Shown: one piece after another, positions 26,769 to 42,348 of the stretch
Layout of the letters: the number at the start of each line of letters is the position of its first letter
Position numbering within the stretch: position 1 is the first letter of the stretch
Origin: Okamejei kenojei
Lineage: Eukaryota
NCBI GenBank assembly: GCA_035221665.1
Contig: CM069157.1
Location: 6,386,001 to 6,450,000, forward strand
Length of the DNA: 64,000 nucleotides
Direction of reading: 5' to 3'
The notes under the pieces: generated by a model
The model's input: the letters and a program-made list of their open reading frames with translations, nothing else
Told to the model about the DNA's origin: nothing
Database searches by the model: none
Translations under genes and position numbers: made by a program

Positions 26769-29231
26769 GTTTTTGTCTTTTTATCTCAGATTTTAAGCAT
26801 TCACTATTCTTTATGCTTCAGGATTGCCTTGTCAATATTTCATTGATTGACAGTTCATTGTCAGCCATCAGTTGCCACATTGCACCAGTCAAGATATCAT
26901 ACTTGTGAAACTAGTATGTCAAACACAAACTGCTGAGCCCATAAGTGGTTCCTTTACCAACAGCTGAGGGGCAAATGCTAGTTTGGATTCAACATAAGCC
27001 CTCATAATTGCGGGAAGAAAATCAACTTGGAACACGATGCAAGTGACATTTATCCGAAGAATAATTGATCAACATTAGATGTACATTGGTCATGTTTAGC
27101 ATGGATCTTTTTAATTTGATGTCAACAAAAGTGTTACCAGAACAACTGCTAGATGAGCTTTAGGACAGTACACTAATTTTTCCCCATTCGGCAATTCAGA
27201 AAGATGTTTCATGGACAATCATTTGGATTTTCTCCTGACCCCTCTCTTACTAAACAGAATACTTATCAAGTACCAATGCTAATCTACAATTCTCCAAGCA
27301 ATAAAAGCACAATAACACTTTTTTTTTTAAAGTCAGTTTTCACCCACGATGTGGAGGCTACGATAATGTATTGTAGTTGTATGGAAAAGGCAGCAAGTAC
27401 CAAGAAACGCGACTTATACATTTGAAGCATTCAACCGACAAGAATTTTGAACCAAATTTTCCAGAGCTATTGGAAGCATATAATTAGGGACAAGTCTGAC
27501 ACAGAATACAGGTTACCCCAGTACAAACAGCACTCTGTAAAAGGACCTTTCATTGCTCTGTTAGTCAAGTTTAAATAATTACAGGAGGCAAATTCTTGTT
27601 TATGCAACTTTACACTTGGAATTTAGTATTTCCAGTTACTCAGTTTTGGACTATATGTTACCCAATTGCCTTCTTACCTAGTTCGCTTTTAACTTTAGCA
27701 CTGTTGAATTTACCAAGCGTCAATATTGTGAAATTGCTTGCATATTAAGCAAGCTCACTTAAACAAGTGCCCAAGCTGGATATATGCAGATATTTTGTTT
27801 TAACCTGGCCCTGTCTTTGTTTTCAGGTGTGAATATGAAACTCAAGAACATCCTCGTGGATTTCCTAACATACACTGTTCTTATTCTGGAGTGAAAAGTC
27901 CAGTCGTTTGTGACATCACAATGCTCACTGAACTGTCACTGCAGCTTCCTCGTGACATCAGAGCAATCACCTTACAGCAAGCACCTCAAGGAGCCAGAAT
28001 TGGTTGGATGCTGGCCGATTATACCACTAATAACATGTTGACAAATTATAAAGGCTCCCAATATATTCCAGAACAATGACACTTTGACATACAAATTTCT
28101 GCTGGGTTCAAGCTCTACTCTGCCCAAATTTGGAAACAAGTCCGAAGCAGCACAAACAGGATAGTTGGGTGTTTAAAGAGCAAGATGTACTGGTAAACAC
28201 AAGGAACAGTAGATGCTGGTTTTAAAGTGTTGGAGTAACTCAGCAGGCCAGGCAGCATCTCTGGAGAATATGCACGGGCAACATTTCTGAGAAGCTGCCT
28301 GGCCTGCTGTGTCTTTAAAATGTACTTCGTTCATTATCATCTTAGGAGTTAATGAGTCTTAAAGCCCACAGGTTCCTCGATCGCCATGCATTTCAAAATC
28401 TGCACACTTTCAGTACCCTCAACTAGTGCCATGTTTATGAGACTATTGCAGAGAAACCAGCAATTAACATAGACAAAGGCCAACAAGTTGAAAACTAATT
28501 GTCAAGACACATGGCAACAAGCGCCTCAGAAACCACAAACCACTCATCCATGTCGACGCAACCAATCAAAACAAAGACGACATCTTGGCCACTTCTCACA
28601 TAGCGGCGCATTTTGAATACACAAAGGTCAAACTGAAAACCTCAAAATATACAATCAACACACTCTTCAAGTCATGCCCCGGAACAGCTCAGAGAAAGTA
28701 AACTGCAAATCGAAGAGTGATATTAGTCTAAAAATATCACTTAAAACAACATGCTGGATAGTTTTCCAAAATCATCATTGAGCACATACATATTCTCCCA
28801 CTAATGGCTTGGTGGGTTGTCCTTCCCAAGAATTTGAATGCAGATCAAGCTCGTAGGCACATTGCAGGATGAGCCAAACAAAAACTTTTATGATGCCAAG
28901 CAGGTTCTTTTTACACCATTTGATAAACCAGGACCCAGGATGAGCCAAGCTGCGTCCTAGTTATTGAGAGATGGACACAAATATCTGAGCAATAAATGAA
29001 CAGCGAATATACCACCAAGGCCGTTGGCCAGATAGCAGCCAACCCTAGTAGATAGAGCAGAACCCCAGGATTCAAATTCCAGTCACAAAGCTACCCACGT
29101 GCTTGCCACCTCCACCTCTCCCACAGCTCAGGCTTGCACACACTGTCCCACAATCCAGCCCGTTCCAGTTGCATAGTCACCCCATAGTTCATGTGTACAG
29201 ACTACTGGTATTTTACAATTATCTAGCAGAA

Positions 29232-29580
29232 GACATAGAAACATAGAAAATAGGTGCAGGAGGAGGCCATTCGGCCCTTCGAGCCAGCACCGCCATTTAT
29301 TGTGATCATGGCTGATCGTCCCCTATCAATAACCCGTGCCTGCCTTCTCCCCATATCCCTCGACTCCACTAGCCCCAAGAGCTCTATCTAATTCTCTCTT
29401 AAATCCATCCAGTGACTTGGCCTCCATTGCCCTCTGTGGCAGGGAATTCCATAAATTCACAACTCTCTGGGTGAAAACGTTTTTTCTCACCTCAGTCTTT
29501 ATTCTAGAGACCTCCCCTTTATTCTAAGACTGTGGCCCCTGGTTCTGGACTTGCCCAACATTGGGAACATTTTTCCTGCA
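29232..29580 (-). mobile_element. CR1-type LINE 3' fragment
   Basis: (ACATAGAA)n tail and FTQRVVNLWNSLPQRA encoded on the minus strand. Confidence 0.8.
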
Positions 29581-32500
29581 AATGGAATATATCTCATGGG
29601 AAAACAAGATTAAACCAGACATCACAGGAGTCAGCTCTGGAGGCAGTTGCTGTCTTACCCAACAGTTCCCACTAAAACCTTGTCCTCCGTGAGTGCTTGG
29701 GTACACAGATAACAAGACTCAATAAGGACAGTGTTAAAAAAACGACTGCCTTGTCACATAATAGGGTAGATTTACTGAAAACTACAACTGCCCCTAGTTA
29801 TGGTCTATAAACACTATCATATTGTTTTGCATAACATTGCAAAAGTAACTAGTAATAAAGGATTTACATAAATACAATAAATAAAGCCTCCTATAGCAAG
29901 ACGACAGAAATGTGTTTGCACAAGAAAGTTCATTCACATATAGTGTAAACAAAAGGATGTATAGACATTTCATATTCATGTACAACTATCACAAACCCTT
30001 TTTAAACGTGCGTTATTTTTACTGATGGTATTCCCACCTCAAAAACACTGAACATAGACACCATCTGGCATCATCCTTGGGCCAGGAGCAGAAGTTCCAC
30101 AAAATGGCATCTGAAGAAATATGAGAGTTAATGAAGGCTTTTAGATGTAGAGCTAGGAGTCTGGTTTTCATGAGAATTTGTGGTTCTCATTAAACCACAG
30201 ATTCCTGTGAGCATGGCTAAAGTGCAAATAAATGAATGCAGGCTGGTGAGTAAAATGTGCTGAACTTTCAAATACTTTTTTTTTAAATCATTGGAGTGAT
30301 TTACAAACCAAGCTTTAAATTTCACTTCAATACCAAATTATTGTATTTTAAGCTTATCCGCAGGATTTTCAGCATCTTTTAATAAATCAGCTTTATCATG
30401 GTTTGGCAAGCATCAAATAATCACCAGAATCACAGCAAATGTACTTCCAATTGTTCTTTTTAAACACACAAACATCTTTTGAGTTTTAATGAGGAAAAAA
30501 GTAGTTCAATTGTTTAAAAAAAAACACATACCAGAAACTGTACCCCCCCCCCAAAAAAAACCACGAAAAGCTCTTTCACTATTCAAATTCTCCAAGACCA
30601 AATGGCATGGTAGCAACTATATTTGGAACAAAAAAAAACTTGTTTCAACACATTCTGATTTACATTATAGAATTGTTGGAAACTCTCAAAGGTTCATTGC
30701 CAGTCTTTGTGACATTTTACTTTTGTTTATACTAGCTGCAACCTTGCAGTCAGCATTTCGGCAACAGAAGTTTAAAACCTCTGAAGTGAAATCAAGAAAA
30801 TGGAGCAGACTGATCAGAAAATTAAAGAGAAGCAATATTGTGCAACACCTATCCAACAGTTGATACCTTAAAAGGCTGGAGATAATGGAAATACTCAGGT
30901 CAAGCAGGGAGGAAGACAGAATTGATGTCTCTCAGGCCAGCAATTTAAGGATGACAATTAATTAAGCTAAAACATTTAACTCTCTTTTGTCACTTCATGG
31001 AAGCTGTCTGACTAATGAGTACAGCTAGCATTTAATTTTATCTGATATCAAGCATGTGCAGTTTTTACCCTTCTACTTTTCCAGCCACAAACAATGTTCA
31101 TAGACACAAAAAGCTTGAGTAACTCAGCAGGACTGGCAGCATCTCTAGAGAGAAGGAATGGGTGTCGTTTCAGGTCTCGACCTGAATCGTCACCCATTCC
31201 TTCTAACCAGACATTTTAATTTTCAGATATCACCCGAGTCTGTATGTTTCATTTTTTGGATGTGTCAGATTGCATACAGTTGGAATCACCTTAAAACTTG
31301 GCAAACGAAGAATTGCAGATGCTGGTTAATACATAAAAGGACAGAGTGCTGGAGTAACAAGCAATCAGTCTGAAGTGTCCCAATCAGAAACGTCACCTAT
31401 CCATGTTCTCCAGTGATGCTGCCTGATCTGCTGAGTTACTCCAGCACTTTGTAGTATTTTGGTTGACAACTTTACATAGATGCAAGATTCCGTTGAACCA
31501 GAAATACATGGGAATTGGTCAGTTCACCTTAAAACTAGGTGCGGGTGGTACTGGTCTGCACTAGCGAGCCCTTCTTCACCAGCTGCCGCACCATCCATTT
31601 GGCATGGCTGTCGTTGCAGCTCCGTCAGGCCGCCGTCACCAACAGAACGCTCTTGGTTACCCTGGGTTTCCCTCAGCAGCTGCCGCTTCTTCCTGTCGGC
31701 CGTTGTTGTGTGCGCTCCCCCCCCACCTCCCCAGGACATCTTGTCGGCTACAATGCAAACTGCAACAGCCGCTGGGCCCACTGGTGCGTGTTGCGGGATA
31801 ATGTCCGCTACTTGGCTAGGAGTTGCTCGCCACAACTTCCCTCACTCTCACTCGTCTTCCTAGTGACAAGCTAGTCCACAAGTCCAAGTCTACGCAAATT
31901 GCCAACTACGCAGCTATGGGGATGCTGCAGTTTAGCACCTCCACTTTGTTCCCTCATCTACGCTCTCCTAGTCCGCATTCAGTAAAAGAGCAAGGGAGGG
32001 ATCAATGGGCTACAGCGCACTCTCTGCCTTCAGCATCAACAGGTCCGAGTGCAACGTGACCAGGAACTGCCTTCAGTTAGGCTCCTTTTAAAGCAGCCAG
32101 TGTTCTGTATTACAATGGAATGGATAAAGTGTAAATTATGTATTTTGAAAAACCACATGAAGTTGAGGACACTGGCATCCATGTTAAGTGCATTTTCCAA
32201 CATTTTCAGCTAGTTCATAGCGCCGAGCGAGGAAAGAACCAGCATTTGGGGACGAGTTGTGCAGACAGAAAACAATAATATGTACATGACACAAGAATCA
32301 TCATCTGTCCACCACAAGATGTTTTCACAGTAGCAGAGCAGAAAGTTGAGAGGCAGGGAATGTTGCGACAGAACTGAAAGCCGAGCACTAAACAGCACCT
32401 GGCATGCCACAGGTTTCACTGAACAGGTATTTTATCCTGGCCTAAGTTGATGATGCTCACAATTTCAAGTGGCAATTTCCTTTCATCGTTAATTCATTTC

Positions 32501-34129
32501 TGGTTGCATACTCACAAGTTACATATGAAAAAACGTCCTTGGATTTGTTCAATTTTAAATGTATAAATCTTTGCTTGTAATCTCCTGAATGGAAATCATT
32601 AAAGGTCATTATCTCATTTATATTCCTTTCCTTTTTACTCTTCTGAACATTGGCATCACTCTGTAATAGTCACTTTGGTCCAACAACATGCTCTCTCAGC
32701 ATACAAAATGCCAGCAATGAAGAGCAAACAACAACACTGAAGCTGAAAGAAAAGAAAATTGATTATACCATTATGGTTCATTTTCCTCCCTTCCACATAC
32801 TTGAAGAGTAATTCGAACAATTAGGTCACCAGCAGAGGGAAAATTATCTGGAATATTCTCAAGATTCAGTTACCAAGCAGGAAATAATTACATCACAAGA
32901 TCTCTTTTCACTGATGTACGAATGAACTTGAATAAAGGAGCAACAGTTTGTAAAGTCATAATGAAATGATGCAGTGTGCAACTTTATGGAAGCTTTAATT
33001 TGGAACCTTGTGATATTTTTCTATATTTTGTACAGTGCAAACTTCATTTCTTTTAATTTTCCTTCTCATATTCCACACACTTCATTCTTGTCCAATGCTG
33101 CTTCTATGCAGATTTATTGTGGGCATACATAAATCAAGATACCTCCAAAGAATTACTCCTAACGCATCTTTGAAACAAGCTTCACCCCATAACTGGCAAT
33201 TAGTGCTCAGTTATCTTTGCAAAAACAAAGCAATTGTGAAACAAAATCTGCAATAAAGAGTTGCTACTGGACAAAGGCTTGGTGCTGTGACCGATACACT
33301 TATTAAAGTTCAAATGTCACTGGGAGCACAGGGTATGTGATACTTTATATAACAGATTGTGACGTCCATTTTCTTTAGAGCAGTTAGTTGGGCATCAAGT
33401 CGGGCAGTGTTTACGACAAAGTCTTAAATTTTCTAAACACAGACGAGAAAAGTTAAAACACCCGTAAGGCAGACAGCCTTGAGCAATATTTCTCTTTCTG
33501 CTGTTTAAGTCCTTCAAAAGATAGTTTAGGAGCAGAATTCGAGTTTCACAGAGCATAGTCAAATCATAGTAGTCTGGGGAAAGTCACTACAATTAGTCTA
33601 AGCAACAGGGTCCTGAGAGATAGCCAAGAACCAAATCAGTGATTCCAATCTCAAAATATTTAAGAGAAGCTTTAAAAAAAAACCCCATGGGATTTATGGT
33701 CCATCTTTGAATGGCACATTATCAGTGGAGCTTGCTGGACCATCTCAGAGTCAACTGCATCCATGCGCCTGGAATCACATAAATCAGACGGGGAAAATTG
33801 GCAATTTGCTTCTGAGAAAACTACAGCCCAACCAGAGGGACAATGGCTTGGAGCAGAGAAGAAATGCCACCAATAACCATCTACCGTTACTCAACATTCT
33901 CTCAAATGGGGAATTACTTATTAAATGACATGAATTATTATGAATAAAGTAGATGCAAAAAATGCATGTGCCATAAACGGTAGCTTTCATTGTTACCAAA
34001 GGGGAGCATTTTAAATATCACCACTCCTGAGATCACTGCTTAATATATTCATGATTCGCCTGAAAATATAGATGGTTTGGTTAGCAAGTTTGCACATGGC
34101 ACAAAACTGTGGAGTTGGGAGATAGTGGG

Positions 34130-35080
34130 GAAGTTGTCAGCAAGACATAGATCAGTTTGAAATTTAGACAGACATGAATTTAATCTGAACAAGTGCAAGA
34201 TGGTGCACTTTGGGAGGTTAAATGCAAAGATATACCATGGCAGGACTCTTGGGAGATTGAAGTTCAGAGGGATCTTGAGGTGCAAGTCCATAGCTCCCTG
34301 AAATCAAGCACGTGGTAAAATAGGCAAACGGCACATACACTTCAGATAGCAGTTATTGATGTTGCAGCTGTATAAACCTTAGGTAAAGGGTCTCGACCCG
34401 AAATGTTACCCAATTCCTTCACTCCATAGATGCTGCTTCACCCGCTGAGTTTCTCCAGCATTTGTCTACAAACCTTAGGAAAACCTTATTTGGAGTGGCG
34501 TGTACAGTTCTGGCTGCCACAATGCAAAGAGGACCTGAAGTCTTTGGAGAGAGTGCAGAAGAGGTTCACCAGGACGTTGCCTAGATTGGGACGTGCTAGC
34601 TACAAGAGGCCATACACACTTGAATTGTTTTCAGTGGAGCATCAGAGGCTGAGGGGCAACCTGATAGAAGAATGTAAAGTAATGAGTGGCATAGATAAGG
34701 CGGTGTCTTTAGCACTCGGGTGGAAATGCCAAGTATTGTGTCCGCATGTGCAATGAATTTCACTGTGCAGTTGTATATGTAACAAATAAAGAACTGTTGA
34801 ACTATATTAGAGGGCATAGCTTTAAGGCAAGAGGGAGAAAGTTTAAATGCAAGGCAAGTTTGAGTTGTGTTCAGAGTGGTAGCTACTATAACACGCTGCC
34901 ATGGTGGTAGAGGAAGCGTGTCAATAGCAGCGTTTAATAGTTGAGGCAAACACAGGAAGAGGGCAGAGAATAGAGGGACATTTCCATGCAGGCACCGAAA
35001 ATTAATCTTGATTGGAATCATGATGGGCACAAACGGCGCATTTGTGTGCTGTTCTGAACTACACTGTGCCGTTTCATGTT
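34130..35080 (+). mobile_element. CR1-type LINE RT-to-3' fragment, with Penelope insertion at about 34385-34470
   Basis: KCKMVHFG, PYLEWRVQFWLP...LERVQKRFTR.LP...RLRGNLIE motifs. Confidence 0.8.
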
Positions 35081-38000
35081 CTATGTTAAGTAAAAAACAA
35101 CCTGCAAACGCCATTTTGCCAGTGAGCATAAAATAATGAAAAAGTAGACAATAATGAATTACTTTGGCGGCTGTGACCAACAACAAACAACTCCGAACAG
35201 TAGATTTGAATCAAAGTAGACCAGCTCATGAAAATCAGTCCTGTAATTTGCTGGACAAAAATTACAAACTACATCTATGGCAAGATATCGGTAGCAATAT
35301 TAAATTCTCAGCTGGCATCCAGCCAATACCTCCTCTTACATGAGCAAAGAAAAAGCATGTGCTTTGCTAAATTTTCATATCAGGTCTTATATCAGTATGT
35401 TCTACAACCGTGGCAATTATTTGATTCAAAGGCAACTTTCATGAAATTGATTGCTCCGATAATATTTCTGAACAAGCGTGCTCTAAATGTTAAATTAGCC
35501 GATTCCAATTAAGTGGGGAAGAACATTCCACCTATAAATCTCTGCGGGATTGAATAAAGTAATGCAAAATGTTATGAACATTCAAAAACAGCAAATTTAG
35601 CCAACTGTGGAGTTTTATTTGGCAAACATTATTGATCACACATGGCTTCCTTTCACACAATATCCCAGATATCATTTATCACTATTGGGTATTGGTTTGA
35701 AACCAGTGTCTTCACTCCTAGCAGTGCGAGTGGGTAACAATCACCTAAACTGCGCTAAATCCTTTCCACATAAACACTTGTCCTTGGTGTCGTATTGACT
35801 ACATTCTCTCTTTCTAATCAATCTTACTTTCCACATTGCCCTAAAACGACATTCTATCAGGGGCAGGGAGGAGTAATAAGGGGGTTAGGAGAGAGTCAAC
35901 ATTTTCATATCCCCTGGCCTCTGGTGGAGGAAAATCTACATTCTGTGGCTGGCATTCTGCAGGCTGGCATTTTCCACTTACTCTTCTCAACCCAATTGCG
36001 ACCACTGCAAATTCAGCACAGATCAGGCTCTTGGTGCGCACCTAGTGGTCAACGCTTTTCCCTTAGGGGAAACAAACAACAACAACAAAATCCGGCTACC
36101 GTTTCTGTCAGTAAATAGCAGATTGCTCTTCCAATTTGTTGTGAAAACCTATTGACAATTTGTTACTCCCAGCTTCTGTGAGAATATATCTAACAGTATT
36201 ATAGCGCTCACATTCAATGTCAACACTGAAGAAAAATTGAAAGACCAACCTCAATGTAAATCACATCATTCGATTTATAGGAAAAGTACTCAAATGACAA
36301 GCATTTTTCAACCAAAGGCTCCGCAATTGACCAATAATGTAATCAACTGAATTTCTTGGTTTCAATGGCATTACTGACATCTTATCCGCAGTAACACACA
36401 GCGCCAGCAGTCCAAGGTCTCTCGCCTTGTTTTCTTCTAAGACCATCAGATGCAGTGCAAATAGAAAATAGCCTGGTAATTTAATCAACTTCACCAAGCT
36501 TCTTACTCCAGAAAACATGCAGATTTTACCAAAGCAATACCTGGATAAATTCCCCCCGAGAACAAAGATCAATAGATTGATGAACAAATGAACTAAGAAT
36601 CTCAAACAAAATTAGTTTCCTTTGCAAAAATTAAATAAAGATTTAAAAGCACAATAGTGAATGCTCCCGTTTCTGCAAGATACTCCGATCTGACCCTGCA
36701 TCATGACAAACCCAATCCAAGTTAGTGATTAACTTAGCTCTTGAGGCTAACGGAATGCAGGGAAATGGGGAGAAAGCAGGAACGGGTTCTGATTATGGAT
36801 GATCAGGCATGATCATATTTAATGGCGGCGCTGGCTCAAAAGGGCTGAAATGGCCTGCTCCTGTTTTCTGTTTCTAATGTAAAGCATTAGAATTTGTAAG
36901 GATTTCACTGATGACGACGTTTGGCTAATTGACAATGAACAGTGAAGATACACTGACTCGGCAAATTCAATCTGGGCCTTGCGACCTACTCTGACCTCAG
37001 CTGCAGTCAACACAAGGCCCCATTTTCTTTATATGGAGAGGCAGAGAGATTTGCCAAGCCTTTACAACTCCGGTTCCACACATGCAATTCAGACATCACA
37101 TTCTCAGCTCTCCCCTCAACCATGCCAGCCCATCTCTTTAACTCCCCTCTCCCCGTCTCTAAGCCAACTACCTTTACGCACTCTGATCGCTTTAAAACAT
37201 CAATTAAGATGAAGCTTCAGATTTGTGCTCTACCTAACTTCTAAATAAATCCCAGTAAGCAGCGTGCACCTAACCGACCCCACTGGAAAGCAGCATAGCT
37301 AAAAACATCAAATAAATATTAAACACCTTCATAACATACATGAAGAGCTTCTTCTGTCAACATTTGTTCAGCTTCATCTGGCTTGGATTCTGGCGCTCTA
37401 CCATGCCCTCACTGCACATCGATGCTACTCTAATGAATGTGAAACTTAAAGTTTAAACACACTACCTCAGCTAGTCAGTCAAAAACAATTAAATGTGTAG
37501 GAACGAACTGCAGATGCTAGTTTACACCGAAGATAGACAAAATGCTGGAGTAACTCAGCGGGTCAGACAGCATCTCCGGAGAAAAGGAACAGGTACCTTT
37601 GAGTCAAGACCCTTCTTCAGACTTAAAAATTAAATCCTGTTTTCACCTCAAAATTATATCCTAATGTGTACATGGAAGATCCGATAGTATTCATCCTATT
37701 ATATCCCACGTGCCAGATCCATCTGCATTTGAACCAACAATTGACAAAGCCTGCAAGTGTTTCTGAGATTTACAGATATAGCAATTTAAAACCTTAAAAT
37801 ATTTATAGATTACTTTAGACTTTCTAAAATACAACAAGTAAAAACAGAAACAAATACATTCCACTGAATTATTAAAAACTAAATTTGTGAACTTCCCTTT
37901 CCTCCACAGTCAGTCCTCTCCATTGAAAGAAACAATTAAACTAACCTGTCCACACTTGGTGATTGGGCAGACTCCCCATCTTGTCTGCTTAAAGAGGTCC

Positions 38001-41000
38001 TTTCTTCCACAAATTCCTAACCCTGTAGAATATACAGGCTAAAAAAACAACTCTCTCTAGAAACTGCAATTACAAAAAACATATCTTGTACTTTTGAGTC
38101 TTTCTTAACTAAAGGTCTTTATTTTCACCCATTTTATGTCTAATTTCTCCTCCCTATCTTGATTTACAATGTTGTATTAAACATTGTGCCGTATTTTTCA
38201 ATAATTTAGAAGTGGTTGTTTTTAGTTTAGTTCATCCCATTCTCACTAGTTCTACGTCATCACATCAGGTTGAAACCCAAGTCTCCAGCACTGTGAGGAA
38301 ACGGCTCTACTAGCTGTGCCTCTGTACTGCTCATATCCCACTGTACTGCCCATAAGACTTTTAATGAAACTGTAGTATGACTTCATACTTGAACCCATCG
38401 AACTTCTCATAAAAGTCAATTCCAAACAGCATTTATAGCAATTAAGTCCAGAAACAAGTTGTTTTCCTATTCCAGGACCTAGATTCTGCTGACCAAAGAT
38501 TTATAAAGGCTTAGATTTGCTTCTTCAACATATCAAGGACTGAACCTGATGCTGTTGTATGCCATTTTAAATCAGACGATCTGCAAGTGAGCCAAGCACA
38601 CAATGATATTCTTGTATGTCACAAGTCTGAAAGACCAAAGATCATGGCTCCAGTTCTCCAGAATAGAAACATGTTGAGGAAAGGGATTGCATGTCTCAAT
38701 TGGAAGATAACTCCTTTTCCTGCAAGGCCACTGACATTATTGACATTACAAGTGACCAACATCCTCCTTATTTGCAAAGGCACGGACTTCCTGCTAATAA
38801 TACAAAAAATACCACTTGAGGGGTGGCAATGACACCAAGGATGCAATGAAATACAGCAATTAAAATAACAACTTTTAAATTTCTGCTCTCCAAAATGAGC
38901 TGAATGTACAAGCAATCTCCGCCAACACTGTAGCTCGACCCATGTCCCTGACCCCTAGTGTTCAAACCCCTCCCAATAATACAGCCAATAATATGTATGC
39001 AGATAGACTTTAAGTCAGCAATAACGACTTAAATGCATAAAAATAGCCTTGCACAATAACTTATCTAAATTGGTATGCAACTAGAACGTTGGTCCACAAG
39101 TACCAAATTATCTGACCACCATCACACTCCTGCTTGAGAGAGCTTTGTTGTGCAAATTGGTAGTCTACCACTTCTGCAGCATTTTAAATGCATTTCATTT
39201 GCTTTAAAACATTGAGATGACACATCATGAAACAAGGCTATTCTTTCAAATCAGCTGACCCATCTAGATACAAAAAAAAACAACAACAAAAAATCAGGGT
39301 TCTCAGAACGAGCTTGTTTACTGACTAAAGAAAGTCAAAGGATGACCTGAAGTGAGAATCAGTGACAAGATAAGCTTTCATGGGCAAATCTAATTAAGTA
39401 TTTTCTGTAGAATTATCACAAGTTAACAATTAACATCAGGAATCCCAGCATTTATTTGGCCCAGGGACATTGGCAATAAGTAGCTTAATCTGAGATCTAA
39501 AAAGAGTTCCATGCACAAACCCAACAGATATCCAACTGGAAAATGAGCATTAATTCAGCAGCCAACGTAAAGGCCAGGACAAAATTAGAAAGATTTTCCA
39601 CGGAGAGACAAGGCAACCTAAATTTAGGATTCCAAGAAGGTTAGAAGCAAAACTTTACCAATCATGAGCTGAGCAAATGCTTTTGTAAACATCTGGTGGT
39701 CATCTGAACAAATATAGGAAACACAAGAGCCCCTCAGCAGACCAGGCAGCACGTGGAGAAAGACAAAGACAACATTTCCACCCGAGAACTGTTCAGGGGT
39801 CTCAGGCCCAAAACATTAATTCTTTCCACAGATGCTGCCTGGCTTTCTGAAATGTTTCCAACTTTTTCTGTTTTGATACTACTCAAATGTAATAAGCATC
39901 ATGAGAAACAAAACAACTGCCTATAGTGCCATAAAACAAGAATTTGATTCAGAATCACTGTCACACAAGAGGTACTCCTATTTAGGTGAAATGCATATTG
40001 AGTCTACTTTGCATGGAGCCAAGCCAAATAAGCCAATTTGCAGCTCAAAACCAAATTTGGTAATGGTTCTTTCATTCCAGTTCCTCTCTTTTGCAAGTTT
40101 GCAGATGAATTGGTCACCAAATTGATAAATAATCCAAATTAAATATCACCCTCCCCCAACTTCTGTGTCAACTTTACTAATTTTATTATTCCACCTGTAG
40201 ACCTCCAAAAGTGCTTGTGGGACATCACAAAGCTCTTCCCTGTATCTTGATACACATGACAACAAACTGAACTCAAACACACAAAGCTTTGCCATGTCAG
40301 AAAGATTTACTTTCAATCATCTAAAAATAAAATTAGGTTGCATGGGGGGGAAAAAAAAAAATGGTATCTTCCCAGGAAGATCACACAAATTAAAAGCAGA
40401 GGAAAAATACATGCCTGTGAAGAATAGGCAAAGTAGTGGGATTCCTCCAGCAAGGGGCCGATACAACAGGGCAACTATGTTTTTAAGCTACGCGAGACCA
40501 CATGATTCACAATAAAACTCAAGGTCCAATGCTTACACAGCAGGCAACAGGTGTTGATTTTTGTTCCCTAATGTTGGTCAAAAGACTGCATTTCAAACAT
40601 CTCCCCACAAGGGCTTTTATCTAAATAAAATCTATTCTCATAAATCTGATTTTGTCCATGGCTCTTCTCAAAGCGATGGCAACAAGCACTCCCAAATCAA
40701 TGCTAACCTAGTCATGATGATGTTCTTCCCACAATGTTAACGAAGGTAATAGAGCAATTGCTGTACAACTCGCCAGCAATTAAAGACATTTAAAGACTGA
40801 AATGCCGAACCAGACAGAGGTGGATTTAGTAAGGTTGCTTATGTTGTTGGACAAGATGGTACCAGTGACTGGAAAGTCACGAACCACAGTTAAGTGGCAA
40901 AATAAGAGGTCGGATGAGATCTCCTTACCCAGAAGATGGTATCTATTGAGTTCTTTACTCTTACAGGTAGTGGTCACAACATAGATTGAAGATGGAAATT

Positions 41001-42348
41001 TATTTTCTTTAAAAACTAAGGGAATCAAGTATTACGGGGCAAAGACACCAAATTAGATCAGTCATGACATCAATGAAAAGTACAGTAGAACAGGTGTGTG
41101 AGACTATTTAGCCCACTACTGTTTCTTAAGTGAATGAACCAGTAGATTTTAGCACCTGATCAACTGTTTCAATTCCATTAACTGCATGGCTTAAACTCTT
41201 GAAAAGAATTTCAAGTTCAGAATACCAAGCAATAAAACTTGTGACAACCAGCAATTCAGTTGTGAACAGTTAACTGGTATAGTTCAGCATGGAAACTATT
41301 TTAATTTTAATGTCTTGAATTCCATTCAAGTGTAAAGCATTGAAGCAGTCTTAGATGCTTCAGTACTGTAAGAATCTGGCTTTAATAAGAATGACCGCTA
41401 TAATAAACTAAAGAAGCAGCTTCATTTTTGGCTAATTGAACAAAATTTGGCACAGAGCCACCAAAAAGAACGAGGAAAATGTCAAGAAAGTTCTTAATGG
41501 GACTGCAGAATATCATAGGGACATTTCAAAGACATGCCTGCCAATGACAGGAGTGATATGAAATAGCAAAGGGAAGGTATTTTGTTCATATGTGGAATGT
41601 AGATGTCACTGATATTGTCCAACTCCATTTACACGTAAACTGAGGCACAAAGACAAGATAAAAAAGACAAAAGTATTGGAACAAACTCAGGAGAACACGG
41701 ATATGTGACATTTTGGATTAGGGCATCGGCCATCTGTGTTAAGAAGGGTCCCACTCAAAACGTTGCCTACCCCCGGGCTCGCCAAAGATGCTGCCTGACC
41801 TGCTGAGTTACTCGTGCACTTTGTGCCTTCCTTTTTGTAACCCAGTATCTGTAGTCCCTCGAGTCCGCAAAGACAAGATGGCAAATTTCTTACCTTGAAA
41901 GACATTATTGAACCAGAAAGGTTCAGTAATGTTTTTTCCAACAATTGAGTAATTTCCCCAATTCCCTTTCATGGCTTTTGTAAATCTTTACCTATTTTCC
42001 AACTTTGAATAATATTCCTCAACTTAATTTTGTGGGGTTAGTGGGGGGAAAAGATGGGAGGGGAAACTGTGAACTGGTGTCTCTTGATCATTTGTCTGAG
42101 CTTCAGATCACAAGTACATCAACTGCAACGCATGAGATGCAATTGCAGATGCTGGTTTATACAAAAGGTAAGACACAAAATGCTGGCGTAACTCAGCGGA
42201 TCAGGCAACATCTCAGGGAAAAAAGAAAATAGGTGATGTTTTGGGCGAGAACCCTTCTTCAGACTCAATTACAATGATAAAGATCGATACAAAAAGCTGG
42301 AGTAACTCAGCGGGACAGGCAGCATCGCTGGAGAGAAGGAATGGGAAT

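Noticed and set aside
32200-32310. Possible C/D snoRNA (AUGAUGA...CUGA on the minus strand) and a UGUACAUA Pumilio element
   Set aside because: No terminal stem or recognisable rRNA guide, and a single 8-mer is expected by chance in 64 kb.
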